From NCBI GenBank assembly GCA_963662545.2, contig CAXXLL010000003.1, forward strand, positions 2,910,395-2,974,394: a stretch of 64,000 nucleotides of DNA. The letters are read 5' to 3'. The stretch is from Gammaproteobacteria bacterium. Lineage in GTDB: Bacteria; Pseudomonadota; Gammaproteobacteria; Ga0077536. Within the stretch, counting starts at the first letter, position 1; each line of letters opens with the position of its first letter. This document shows positions 10,351 to 22,359 of the stretch, piece after piece. The notes beneath the pieces are model-generated. The model did no database searches and was not told the origin of the DNA. It saw only the letters and a list, made by a program, of their open reading frames with translations. Both the position numbers and the translations under genes were made by a program.

Positions 10351-11162
10351 GGCATTGTCAGACTAACTTGATCGGACCAGTAGAGCCAACAATCGAGGTC
10401 TCTCAGGCTGCAAGTTGACGCCACTCGGCCAAAGCGGCGGAGCGATTGAGTTTGAAGTTCTCGCGATTGTAAAGATGACGTTCCTGGTTGAAATGATTGT
10501 GGATGGAGGCGTGGACGGCAGCAAACTTCTGGAGAGTCTTGATGTCTCTGAACCTAGCCATCGCTCCTTGCTGCTGCTCGTCGGCGGAACGGTTGGTGTG
10601 AGTTTTCGGCTCGATTGTTGCGCCACTGACCGCAAATCTGACGATCCTCGACCCCAATGACTTTCATCGTAGCACCGTAGGAACGTCGTCGGTCGGCCAC
10701 GATTGTTCTTGGCCCGCCGTAGCGCTTCATTGCACGCTTCAGGAACTTCAGTGCAGCCCTGCGATCCCGACGCTTTGTGGCGAAGACTTCAAGCACCTCA
10801 CCTTCGTGATCGACGGCGCGCCAGAGGTAATGCATCTCTCCGTTGATCCGTACGAACACCTCATCAAGATGCCAACGCCAGTTCGACCAGTCGCGCCGGT
10901 CTACGCGCCGCCTTCTGATCTCGCCAGCGAACACCGGAGCAAACCGATCCCACCAGTACCGCAGCGTCTCGTGGCAGATGTCGATGCCACGTTCGAACAG
11001 AATGTCTTCAACTTGGCGCAACGACAGCGGATAGCGGATGTACAACATCACCGCGAGGCGAATGCCCTCGGGAGAACTGTTGAAATAACGGAAGGGATTC
11101 CACATCGCTTGAGGCTACGGAACTCCCCTTCCCGGCTCAAGCCGATTTACTCTGATAATGCC
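10351..11162 (-). mobile_element. IS6 element, frameshifted transposase
   Basis: Both IRs; ORF split at a short insertion near 10560-10580. Confidence 0.9.
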
Positions 11163-11406
11163 CTGGGCGATGCCTTCTCGTCGGCACAGCTCGGCGATGC
11201 TGTCTTCGCCACGTAAACCGTCAAGCACTATGCGAATTTTCTCTTCCGCATTGTATTGCTTACGCGGCTTGCGTTTGATGTCCTTAATGATGTGTTCTGA
11301 CGACGATGACCGTCCTGCCGGTTTCTGTCTCATCTCAACTCCTCAGCTTGGATGAACAAAAACACACTCTTAATCCACAACTAAATCTGTTCCATAAGCG
11401 CTGACA
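11163..11406 (-). mobile_element. IS3-family left end and orfA fragment
   Basis: TGTCAG terminus at 11406; RKQYNAEEKIRIVLDGLRGEDSIAELCRREGI. Confidence 0.8.
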
Positions 11407-11497
11407 TCAGACACGCGTAAGCCTACGATCCACTGACCACTGGCGGGCAAGCGTCGGCGACTGGCACCGCACACCGCTTGTGACCGCGCTTCGTGGA

Positions 11498-11845
11498 TCA
11501 GCCGCGGGAAGAGAGTGCAAGCCGGCTTCCCGCATCGCCGATATCCGGCCCGCCGAGCCACTCGTCGAGCTTCGACCAGCGCCGCCGCCCCGAGACATTG
11601 CGCACGGCGATGGCCACCGCCTTTTTCTGTCCGACCAGCACCACCAGCCGTTTGCCGCGCGTCACGCCGGTGTAGAGCAGGTTCCGCTGCAGCATCACGT
11701 AGTGCTGCGTTAGGACAGGAATGACGACGGCGGGATATTCCGAACCCTGGCTCTTGTGGATGGTCACAGCGTAGGCCGGCATCAGCGTGTCGAGCTCGCC
11801 GAAACCATAGGCGACGCCGCGCCCGTCGAAACGCGCAGTCAGCTG
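11498..11845 (-). pseudogene. recD2: RecD2-like helicase C-terminal fragment
   Basis: [30 protein letters not shown]; 5' part removed at the IS6 end 11846. Confidence 0.85.
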
Positions 11846-12649
11846 GACATTGTCAGAGTAAATGGGCTTGAGCTGAAAAGTAAGGCCTCGTAGCCTCTGG
11901 TGATGCACAATCCTTTCCGTTATTTCAACAGTTCGCCCGAAGTGATCCGCTTCGCGGTGATGTTGTATGTCCGATACCCTTTGTCGCTGAGACAGGTCGA
12001 AGATCTCCTGTTCGAGCGCGGCATCGAGATCTGCTATGAGACCGTGCGGTATGGGTGGAACCGCTTTGGTCCGCTGTTTGCCGGGAGATCCGGAAACACC
12101 GCGTTCATCATGGATCCTATTCGAACTGGCGCTGGCACCTTGATGAAGTGTTTGTCCGCATCAACGGCAAGACACATTACCTATGGCGTGCCGTTGACCA
12201 TGAAGGCGAAGTCCTTGAGGTTTTTGTGACGAAACGGCGGGACCGCAAGGCTGCGCTTGAGTTCCTGAAGCGCACGATGAAGCGTTATGGCCGGCCGGCT
12301 TCGATCGTCACGGATAGGCTACCGTCATATCGTGCTGCGATGAAGGTGCTCGGCAACGAAGGTTGCCAAGAGACCGGGCGTTGGCTGAACAACCGGGCAG
12401 AAAACTCACATCAGCCCTTTCGAAGGCGGGAAGGGGCAATGGCGCGCTTCAGAGACATCAAGACCCTACAGAAATTCGCCGCCGTCCATGCCTCGATCTA
12501 TAACCATTTCAACCACCAACGCCACCTCAACCGCCGCGCTATTTTCAAACAAGCCCGAGTCGCTGCCCTGGCTGAGTGGTGTCAACTTGCAGCTTAAAAG
12601 GCCTCGATTGCAGGTTCTACCGGTCCGACCCAGTTAGTCTGACAATGCC
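11846..12649 (+). mobile_element. IS6 element, frameshifted, variant left IR GACATTGTCAGA
   Basis: ORFs 11900-12229 and 12055-12597; right IR ends 12649. Confidence 0.9.
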
Positions 12650-13837
12650 CCATTGGGGCCGACAGATCACTGCTCTTGGCCATAGGTGCAAGCTGATCCA
12701 GCCGCTCTATGTCAAGCCATTTTCGAAGCGGCAGAAGAATGACAGTAACGATGCGGCTGCGATTATCGAGGCTGCACAGCGCCCCACCATGCGGTTCGTA
12801 GCGGTGAAGTCGGAGCAAGCGCAGGCGGATTCTATGCTGTTCCGCACTCGCGCGCTGCTTGTCCGGCAGCGTACGCAGTCGCTCAATTCACTTCGGGGCC
12901 AGCTTGCGGAATTCGGCGTGGTCGCGGCACGAGGTGTGGCGGGTGTCGCGGTGATGCGGATTGAGTTGGCAGAAGTGAAAGAGTCCTTCCTGAACAGGTC
13001 GTGTCTCTGGCCGAACTGCTGCTCGAGCAGGTTACCGCTCTCGGTGAGCAGATCGCCGGTCTTGAGAAGAAGATCCGTTCTCGGACTCGGGCATGCGAGG
13101 ACATGAAGCGGCTGATGACGGTCCCCGGTATCGGACCGGTCTGTGCGATGGCGGTGCATGCCTTTGCGCCGCCGATGGAGAGCTTTGGCTGCGGGCACGA
13201 CTTCGCGGCCTGGGTCGGGCTGACGCCACGGCCGCACTCGACCGCCGGCAAGCAACGGCTCGGCCGGATCACCAAGATGGGACAGCGCGACCTTCGTCAG
13301 TTGTTCGTCCTGGGCGCAACGTCGGTGCTCCGGCATAAGCGCAAGCGCGAGGAGCTGGAGGATCCCTGGTTGCGGAGGATGATCGCAGAAAAGCCGCCGA
13401 AGCTGGTCGCGGTCGCGCTAGCCAACAAGATGGCGCGCATCATCTGGGCGCTGTCGGTCAGTCAGGAAACCTACCGGGCGCCGGTCACCGCTGTTGCGGA
13501 ATAGCTGCCTGGCAGAGGAAGGACCTGTTTGGAATTGGAACACCGGGCTTCGCGAACACGCTCTTGAGAACGTGATGCGCGGACAACCCAGGTTGGTGCG
13601 GTAGGGACGAAAGACAACATAGGGGCAAAAGGTCAGAGAGACGGGGTCGGAAAAACCAGCGTTGCACGCTGGGCTGTCAAGCATACCGCTGAAGCGATTT
13701 GGATCCGATCCACGAACACCCTATGGGCCCGCGGCGCAGGCATGCCGCACTTGAGAGGCCGGACATACGACAGTACCTGACCGCATGTCACGAGTTGTTC
13801 AAATTCCTGCTTGCACTGCAGGGGGCGTCCACATACG
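12650..13837 (+). mobile_element. IS110-family (IS1111-type) element, 5'-truncated, transposase frameshifted (ends 13504)
   Basis: KRQKNDSNDAAAI, VPGIGPV, FAAWVGLTP..STAGKQRLGRITKMG, VALANKMARIIWA; ~330-bp 3' non-coding end finishing GCGTCCACATA-CG. Confidence 0.9.
13620..13790 (+). ncRNA. Putative IS1111 bridge/seekRNA (boundaries approximate)
   Basis: Stem GGGTCGGA / TCCGATCC encloses segments matching the insertion site; ACATACG at 13763-13769 matches the element end. Confidence 0.65.
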
Positions 13838-14214
13838 TGCAATGAAGCACTACGGTCGGCCAAGAATCACCGTGACGGACCGCCTACGTTCCTACGTTGC
13901 CGCGATGAAAGTCATTGGGGTCGAGGATCGTCAGCGTTGCGGTCAGTGGCTCAACAATAGAGCCGAAAATTCACACCCACCGTTCCGCCGACGAGAAGAC
14001 GCGATGGCCAGGTTCAGAGACATCAAGACCCTGCAGAAGTTTGCTGCCGCCCACGCCTCCATCCACAATCATTTCAACCAGGAACGTCATCTTTACAATC
14101 GCGAGAACTTCAAACTCAATCGCTCCGCCGCTTTGGCCGAGTGGCGTCAACTTGCAGCCTGAGAGATCTCGATTGTTGGTTCTACTGGTCAGATCAAGTT
14201 AGTCTGACAATGTC
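13838..14214 (+). mobile_element. 3' half of the IS6 interrupted by the IS1111 element
   Basis: Resumes ..AMKHYGRPR..EWRQLAA*; right IR variant TCTGACAATGTC. Confidence 0.9.
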
Positions 14215-14221
14215 TCGGGGA

Positions 14222-15026
14222 GGCATTGTCAGAGTAAATCGGCTTGAGCGGGGAAGGGGAGTTCCGTAGCCTCAAGCGATGCGAAATCCCTGCCGTTATT
14301 TCAACAGTTCTCCCGAGGTCATTCGCCTCGCGGTGATGTTGTATATCCGCTATCCGCTGTCGTTGCGCCAGGTCGAAGACATTCTGTTCGAACGTGGCAT
14401 CGACATTTGTTATGAGACGGTGCGGTACGGGTGGAACCGCTTTGGTCCCCTGTTTTCAGCCGAGGTCCGGAAACGCCGCATTCATCATGGATCCTATTCG
14501 AACTGGCGCTGGCATCTTGATGAGGTGTTCGTACGGATCAACGGCGAGATACGTTATCTATGGCGCGCTGTCGATCACGAAGGGGAGGTACTCGAAGTTT
14601 TTGCCACGAAACAGCGGGATCGCAAGGCTGCACTGAGGTTTCTGAAGCGTACGATGAAGCGCTACGGCCGGCCAAAGGTGATCGTGACGGACCGGCTCAA
14701 ATCATACCGAGCTGCGATGAATGTGATCGGCAATGCCGCCGCTCAGACTTGCGGTCAGTGGCTCAACAATAGAGCAGAAAACTCACACCAACCGTTCCGC
14801 CGACGGGAAGGAGCAATGGCCAGGTTCAGGGACATCAAGACCCTGCAGAAGTTTGCTGCCGCCCACGCCTCGATCCACAATCATTTCAATCAGGAACGTC
14901 ATCTTTATAACCGCGAGTACTTCAAACTCAATCGCTCCGCCGCTTTGGCCGAGTGGCGCCAGCTTGCAGCCTGAGCGTCTTCGATTGTTGGCTCTACTGC
15001 TCCGATCAAGTTAGTCTGACAATGCC
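14222..15026 (+). mobile_element. Complete IS6 element, transposase 14279-14974
   Basis: Both IRs; intact ORF. Confidence 0.95.
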
Positions 15027-15090
15027 CAAATGAGGGATTGTTCTTCCAAGTCTAAACCACCAATAATCGTCTCCCTGCGAGGGCATAAAC

Positions 15091-17136
15091 ATGTATAGAA
15101 CCTTAGGTGTGGTGCTGGCGGCGCTGGCTTTTCTCAACTCGGTGGCCGCAGAACAACTGGAAAGCCAAATAGCAGCCCCTGTATTAGATGAGCAGGCAAA
15201 AAAAATAGAAGACGTACAAGACGTACGCTCCGAGCAAGCTGTCACCCAAGCACTGCAGATTCATCTGGGTCCAATGCCTCAGCCAGAAGATGAGGACGAC
15301 GGCTCTCAGAACAACCACAGAATCGGCCACCATCGCAGCGTTCCAAGTGAGTTTGCAGGAGAGCTCTCGGCACGTCTGAATTGGGCTGTCAATGAGGATG
15401 GCCAGTACACTGCCGCAGTCACGCTCGCTGCCGATGGCGCTGCCTCCATGCGAGTGCAGGTGGAGGTCAATTTGCCGGTAGGCGGGTCACTACAGGTCTT
15501 TGATGGAGAGGGGCAAGCTCGGGGGCCGGCATACACTCGGGCTGACCTGGACGCGCCAACATGGCTACCAAGCGCCGAAGGAGATACGCTGACCGTGCAA
15601 ATTACACTGCCTTCCGAGGTAGCTGTCGAGGCCCTGTCCTTCATTATCAATCAGGTTGCACACCGGTATAAGGAGGTCGTGCCGCAATCCTTCCATTTGG
15701 ACTGCTCGAACCATCAGAACGCTAGCTGCGCAAGCGACGAGAATATCCTGGATTACAGACGCGCTACTGCGCGGATTGCTTTCGAAAAAGCAGGGGGGAC
15801 TTATGTATGCTCGGGAACGCTGCTCAATGTGAGCAAAACTGAGGAGCTCGAACCGTATTTCCTGACAGCCTATCACTGCATCTCCAACGCATCGGTGGCA
15901 AGCACTATCGAAGCGCAATGGTTCTACCATTATGCGGAGTGCTCCTCCACGTCCATCAGCAGCAGCCACACGACGACCTTCGGAGGCGCTGACTGGCTGG
16001 CGGGGAGCGGTGAACAGGATTCCTCCCTGTTGCGCTTTCGGCGTCGCCTTCCAAGCGGCCTGTTTTACGGTGGGTGGTCTTCCCGGGAAGTTCCTCTGCG
16101 CTCGCGGGTGTTCTCGGTGCACCACCCAGGTGGTGACCCAGCTCACTACGCTACCGGGCGCTTCATCGGCCTTGCAGATACCAGCCTGGAAGGCCTAGAC
16201 CAGATCCTGCGCGATGCCCTAAGTGTGAATTGGGAGCTTGGCGTCACAGAGCCCGGCAGCAGCGGCGGTGGGCTGTTTCACGATCGGTACTTGGTGGGCG
16301 TGAATGCCGGCTGGGATGAGATCTGCGTTCGTGGAGAGGCCACATTCGGGTCGTTTCGTGACTTCTACCCACAAATCAAACGCTGGCTGTCTCCAGATAC
16401 ACGGCCAATTCAAATCTCCCATCTGCCCCTCTTGTCCCCGGCATTCTGGTACCCCGCCGTGCGTGGCATCGTTCGGGTCGTCAATTCATCAGAAGAACCT
16501 GGCTACGTCACGGTCCATGCCATCGACGATGCCGGCACCCGCTTCGATCCATTTGAAATTGAGCTTGGCCCAATGCAAGCCTCGCAATTCAGCTCGGCGA
16601 CCTTGGAAGATTCCATTGGAGAGGGAGAAGGCTTCTGGCGCCTCGAGCTCAGCACCAACCTGGACATACGTGCACAGGCATTCATGCGCTTCGTAGATAA
16701 CAACCTGGCACCCATGCACGACGTGATTCCGATATATAGCCAAACGGAAGGTTACTACTGGTACCACGCCAACAAGTTTTTCCCCGCCAAGCATGCTACG
16801 CATGTAAGCTGGTTGCGATTGATCAACCCCACTGCAAGTTCGCTCAGAATCCTTGTGGTGTCAGCCCCGGACCGGGGCGGCGATTATTCGAGCTTCGCCC
16901 GGGGGCGGTCTGTCTGGATAAGGCTGAGGCCCCATGAATCGCGATGGCTGTCCTCCGAGAACTTCGAGAAAGGGACCCCAGGGCTAGGAGGCCGTCTGGG
17001 AGCACTCACACAAGGCCACCATCTTTTCATTCGTTCAACCAAGCCCCTATGGGCCATGAACCTGATGCGCAACCCAACCGGGCGGTTCTTCAATATTTCT
17101 ACGGCGCAAATATCCACTATGGAAGAAACGGAGTAG
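15091..17136 (+). CDS. Secreted trypsin-fold (lysyl-endopeptidase-like) serine protease with C-terminal unnamed module
   Basis: Signal peptide; CSGTLL, LTAYHC (His), EQDSSLL (Asp), GSSGGG (Ser); paralog of 40079-42526. Confidence 0.85.
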   Translation: MYRTLGVVLAALAFLNSVAAEQLESQIAAPVLDEQAKKIEDVQDVRSEQAVTQALQIHLGPMPQPEDEDDGSQNNHRIGHHRSVPSEFAGELSARLNWAVNEDGQYTAAVTLAADGAASMRVQVEVNLPVGGSLQVFDGEGQARGPAYTRADLDAPTWLPSAEGDTLTVQITLPSEVAVEALSFIINQVAHRYKEVVPQSFHLDCSNHQNASCASDENILDYRRATARIAFEKAGGTYVCSGTLLNVSKTEELEPYFLTAYHCISNASVASTIEAQWFYHYAECSSTSISSSHTTTFGGADWLAGSGEQDSSLLRFRRRLPSGLFYGGWSSREVPLRSRVFSVHHPGGDPAHYATGRFIGLADTSLEGLDQILRDALSVNWELGVTEPGSSGGGLFHDRYLVGVNAGWDEICVRGEATFGSFRDFYPQIKRWLSPDTRPIQISHLPLLSPAFWYPAVRGIVRVVNSSEEPGYVTVHAIDDAGTRFDPFEIELGPMQASQFSSATLEDSIGEGEGFWRLELSTNLDIRAQAFMRFVDNNLAPMHDVIPIYSQTEGYYWYHANKFFPAKHATHVSWLRLINPTASSLRILVVSAPDRGGDYSSFARGRSVWIRLRPHESRWLSSENFEKGTPGLGGRLGALTQGHHLFIRSTKPLWAMNLMRNPTGRFFNISTAQISTMEETE

Positions 17137-17221
17137 GGTTGATCTTCGGACGAGGACGGGGCGTGTTCATCTATAGGAAAATCAAAAACCGGTTTCTGGC
17201 ATCTCGATGAGGTGTTTGTCC

Positions 17222-18040
17222 GGCATTGTCAGAGTAAATCGTCTTGAGCCACCCATTGATGTCTTCTACGCTGTAGGAATGCGAAATCCCTGCCGTTATT
17301 TCAACAGTTCTCCCGAGGTCATTCGCCTTGCGGTGATGTTGTATATCCGCTATCCGCTTTCGTTGCGCCAGGTCGAAGACATTCTGTTCGAACGTGGCAT
17401 CGACATTTGTTATGAGACGGTGCGTTACTGGTGGAACCGCTTTGGTCCCCTGTTTTCAGCCGAGGTCCGGAAACGCCGAGGTCCGGAAACGCCGCATTCA
17501 TCATGGATCCTATTCGAACTGGCGCTGGCATCTTGATGAGGTGTTCGTACGGATCAACGGAGAGATGCACTACCTCTGGCGCGCCGTCGATCACGAAGGT
17601 GAGGTGCTTGAAGTCTTCGCCACAAAGCGCCGGGATCGCAGAGCTGCGCTTGAGTTCCTGAAGCGTACAATGAAGCGCTACGGCCGGCCAAGAGTCATCG
17701 TGACCGACCGCCTACGTTCCTACGGTGCCGCGATGAAAGTCATTGGTCGAGGATCGTCAGATTTGCGGTCAGTGGCGCAACAATCGAGCCGAAAACTCAC
17801 ACCAACCGTTCCGCCGACGAGAAGGAGCGATGGCCAGGTTCAGAGACATCAAGACCCTGCAGAAGTTTGCTGCCGCCCACGCCTCCATCCACAATCATTT
17901 CAACCAGGAACGTCATCTTTACAATCGCGAAACCTTCAAACTCAATCGCTCCGCCGCTTTGGCCGGGTGGCGTCAACTTGCAGCCTGAGCGTCCTCGATT
18001 GTTGGCTCTACTGGTCAGATCAAGTTAGTCTGACAATGCC
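17222..18040 (+). mobile_element. IS6 element with internal tandem duplication and frameshifts
   Basis: Both IRs; CCGAGGTCCGGAAACG duplicated near 17460-17492. Confidence 0.9.
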
Positions 18041-18047
18041 CTTGGCA

Positions 18048-21000
18048 TCACCCGAGTTCTGTCGCCTGCGGCTTCAAAACTGCCTTGCGTCGCTTTCGTA
18101 CTTCATTGTGTCGATCGTTTATTTCCTCCCTGAATGCTCGCAGAATTCGAATATCGTCACGGATCTCGTTTGGAGAGGGCCGATTCACTGATAATGTCTG
18201 TGATTTATCATGTCCAGTCATCCACTCAGAGCATTTTGACATTCCCTCATCAATCCTCTTGCAGTCTTCGTCCCGGATTTCGACCCGCACCAATTGCTGG
18301 GTCCTCACGTCAATGTCATGACGCCGAACCGTGTCATTCAGAAGATCCTGCTCAATGAATGCTTCCCAAGTTTCGCGCAACAGGCCGTAGACGGATGCAG
18401 CTTCTTTATTGTATTTCACATCATCCTTTCCACGGTACTGGCTGATTTCGTTCACCGTACTGTCTAGCACGGGCAGTCTATCTTTGACCGGCATTGCTTC
18501 CCACGGTAGTGCTCCCATGCATCGGCCAGGCGTTCCGCCAAATCGTTTGACAGTCTGAACGGTGAGAGGAATTCCGGCGCAATGCTTCCTAATTTCTACA
18601 AGGAAGGCGATGTTGTGCGTGAACACAATCACCTGCCGGCGCTTGGCCTCGTCGACAAGTCGCCGGGCGACATGGCGGCTATATTGGTGGTCCAACGAAG
18701 AGACCGGATCATCGAAAACAATTGCCGATTGCACTGGTGCCCCGCCAAGCTCTGCCATGAAACCCGCTATTGCGACCACACTAAGTTCGCCCTCGCTCAG
18801 GATGTCGGATGGCTTGGCTCGTCTGGCCGCATTCAAAGTTAACTGGTGGCGAGCACCGCCTTCTCTGCCGGTGATGTTCACGGCCAAAGGCAAGTGATCT
18901 GCGCACAGTCCTTTGAGTTCATTCGCTAAATCACGTTGCAACTGCGGTGATAATCCAGCGCTGATTATCTCTTTACTTTTTTCCGATATCGATCGTGTGT
19001 TGAGTCCGTGAATTATTTGGTCGTATCTGAACTCGTCCTTCTTTTGATCAACATATGTGCGGATCTCTTTCTCTATATGGTTAAGGATTTTTCGAGACGC
19101 CAGTTCGTCGCAAGACCTCGCCATTGCCTTTAGTGCTTCAGGATCAGCATCCTTCTTCACATTGGCGCTTGCATTTTCCAACTTCGTCCTTAGGTCAGCG
19201 AGTGTCTTATTGTTATCAGGGAAGTCGTTCCCCGGTGTGAGTTCCTCATCACCCGGTTCGACACCTTTGAGTCGGTTCCTCTCCTTTTCCAGGAGTTCCA
19301 GAGTATGCTCGACTGCCTTACGTTCCTCGGTACTTAGCTCGTCTAAGACATTGCCATAGTCGCCTGATTTTGGAATTTTGAGAGCGATGGTCTCGTCGGT
19401 GATCTTTCTTAGCTTGTTTTGCGCCGATTGATAAGTCTGCTCGGATTTGTCCTCCATAAAGTTCCGAAACCGCTGTAAGCGATTGTGGGCTTCCTCCACT
19501 AGCTCTTGTTGGCATAGAACGCAAAGCTTGCCTGGGCCTAATGCTGGAAACCCCGAGTCTTGGTAGGCGACTTTAGACGAGTACTCCTTCGCCGCCTCAT
19601 ACAATAATCTCCATTCGTTCGAGGTCCCGCTAGGCAGAGGCTCATATTGGAGACTTGCCTGAGCGGCTATCTTCACGGCTTTTTCGGCGGCCTTAATCTC
19701 AACAAGCTGAGAGTTGATTTTCGATACGACATCCTTCGAAAGTCCAATAATCGCTGTAGCGATTGCGTCGGCGAGCTCACCAGTTCGCTTTGCGGTGGAC
19801 TCAAGCCTTCGTGCTTCTTTGATTAGTTTGGCTGTGTCTGATTGAGCGATTCTGGCAGTGAATTCTGTCAGCTTCGCCTCGTGAGATTCCGTCCATTTTG
19901 TTGCACTATCAATTTCCGCTGGCTTGGTGTTTCTATTGAGGTTTTTGAGAAAGACTTCAGCATCGGTTCCCGCCACAACATCGGTGCCTGTTGGCTCCAT
20001 TGGTGTCGGCTTTTCGGCCTGGAGACGTACCTTTACGTACTTGACTAAATAGGTGTTCCAAAAACTCGATCAAATAAAAAGAACTCAGGTGACATTCAGA
20101 GATCAGAGGTTGTATCGAGCAATCTACGTTCCCGAAAGAGGTCACCTGAGTATGGATAGTTTAGTGTCATTGACGCGCTCACAGAAACGTCGCTTTAAGC
20201 GGTTGATTCAACGCAGCGATAACGGGCGGGTGGTTCGCCGCGCTCAAGTCCTGTTGCAGTTAGCTTCAGGCGTCTCACCGACGGCCGTGTCACGCAGTTT
20301 GTCGGTCGCGCGTTCAACGGTTTATCGATGGGTCACGCAATTCCAGACCGCGGGTGAAGCCTTTCTCGAGGCGTGCGGCTCGGGCCGGCGGGCGTATACG
20401 GTGGATGACACCCTGTTGGAGACGCTCGCCGAGTTAGTTGAGCAGCCGCCCAGTGATTATGGCTACCTGCGCAGTACGTGGACGAGCGAGATGCTGGCCG
20501 AGACGCTGAATTCGTTGCTGTCACGGCCCATTCACGCCTCTACGGTACGTCGCTGGCTAGTTAATTTGGGATTCGGCTGGCGTCGTGCTCGTCCGACCTT
20601 ACATCTGCGCGACCCACGGGCAGCCACGCGCCTGAAAGCCATTCATCGTGCGTTGTCTCGAGCCCCATCGGGGCATGAAGTGTTTTACGCCGATGAGGTC
20701 GATATCGACCTCAATCCCAAAATCGGTTTCCTTTGGTCTACTCAAGGTTGTCAACGTGCCATCCCCACGCCTGGGCAAAACCGGAAACGCTATCTGGCGG
20801 GCGCGCTGCACGCACGAACCGGTCGCGTTGCGTATGTCGAGGGCACACGGAAAAACAGCGACCTATTCCTTTGCCTGCTCGACCACCTGCGGCAAACTTA
20901 CCGCGCCGCGCGTCGAATTATCTTGATCGTGGATAACTACATCATCCACAAATGTCGCTTGGCACACGTCTGGCTAAAGCACAATCCGAAATTCCGATTG

Positions 21001-21822
21001 CTGTTCCAGCCGGCCTATCAGCCCTGGGTCAATGACATTGAGAAACTCTGGAAACAGTTGCACGACAATGTCACCCGGAATCATCGTTACTCGACCATCG
21101 ACCGTCTGATGGACGCAGTACGTGCCTTCATGCGTGCGGCAAGTCCATTCCCGGGAAACTGCCCGAGTGTCGCAAGATTTGGATCACCTATTTAGTCCAA
21201 CTAAGCCGTCGAATGCCTCACACCCGTAGGGGATGTAAGTCGCCTCGTTATTTTCGTCGACAATTAGCCGGGCGCATTTGGAGTCGAAGAAGGCGATGCT
21301 CGCAAGCCGCTCATCGGAATCTCCTCCGTCTGTCCACGGTAATTCGATGTCCTTTGTTGCGCCTTCGGCAATCTTTATAGTCGCGGTTGCGGGGCCTTCT
21401 TCGTCGCTATCAAAGATGTTTGGAAGGATCGATTCTTTCGTGTCACGCGCGCGGCAGGCTCTTTTCAAAACTCTCGCGTAACTCGATTTGCCGCTGCCGT
21501 TTTCGCCGTAAATGACGGTGATTCCTTGATGACCAAAGGGTATCGTAGAGTCGTTCTCAACAGCATTTACGTGCTGGATTTCAGAGATTCTTTGCAGTGC
21601 AATTGGCTGAAGCGTAGCTCCTGTACCTGAGAATGCGCCAATTTTAGGCAGCACAGGCTCGATGCACCCAGCCTGAATCCCAGCCGCCACTTTAACCATT
21701 TGATAAATCTCATCGCGGTCGTCATTGGTAAGCTCGCCCTGTTCCAACAGGCGACGGACTGCGTCCGCCTGCCAATGCGGAAGGTCTTTCGCCCACTTGA
21801 TGATGTCTTCGATAGCTGACAT
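18048..21822 (-). pseudogene. Rad50/RloC-like ABC ATPase (~875 aa) split by IS630
   Basis: Walker A GENGSGKS in the 5' part; CVLCQQ zinc hook, LSEGE signature and IVFDDPVSSLDH in the 3' part; removing 1147 bp restores the frame (GLVGLVKYVKVR). Confidence 0.85.
20048..21192 (+). mobile_element. IS630-family element (1145 bp), TA duplication at a CTAG site
   Basis: IR AATAGGTGTTCCAAA / TTTGGATCACCTATT; YADE, VDNY, IEKLW DDE motifs. Confidence 0.95.
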
Positions 21823-22062
21823 TGGTGCACTTTGTGGCTACATTTGGATGTGGAACCTTACTCGCATTTCTGGCGTTTTCCAGCAAGGCAAGCAGGCTCT
21901 AGATACAGCATCCCTCGTTGCAGTTTGCCCGCCTTACCGACCCGGGCCAACGGTAGATCAGCATTGAAGGAGTAAGTGGCGCGGGCTATGGGCAGTGTCC
22001 GTCATCAAAACATTTGAGAAAGTTGAGGCTATTTTCTAACGGTGGATTTGGCTCATCTTGGG

Positions 22063-22359
22063 AAGAAAGGCGCGGCCGCTTCGGAACGGGCCGAGGCCGA
22101 AAAGGAGAAATCGCCCCGCAAGGCCGTTTCGATCGTCGCCAAGGCGATCGAGGACTCGGACGACGACGGCTGGGTGAACCTTGCCAATGTGGGCAGCCAC
22201 ATCCTCGGCGCGGCGCCCGACTTCGACCCCGGGACCTACGGCTGTCCAAACCTCGGCACGCTGGTCACCAAGTCTGGCGGGTTAGAGGTGCGGAAGGAAC
22301 CCAGCAAGCCGGTGTTTGTCCGACGCAAGGCGGCGGCACGGGATCAGGCGTCCGCATGA
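22063..22359 (+). pseudogene. OST-HTH/LOTUS domain, probably the C-terminus of a truncated NYN-domain protein
   Basis: DDDGWVNLANVGSHI..PDFDPGTYGCPNLGTLV; no convincing start. Confidence 0.7.

Noticed and set aside
21990-22062. GGCAGTGTCC.. possible IS end upstream of the LOTUS fragment
   Set aside because: No partner end or transposase sequence; too short to assign
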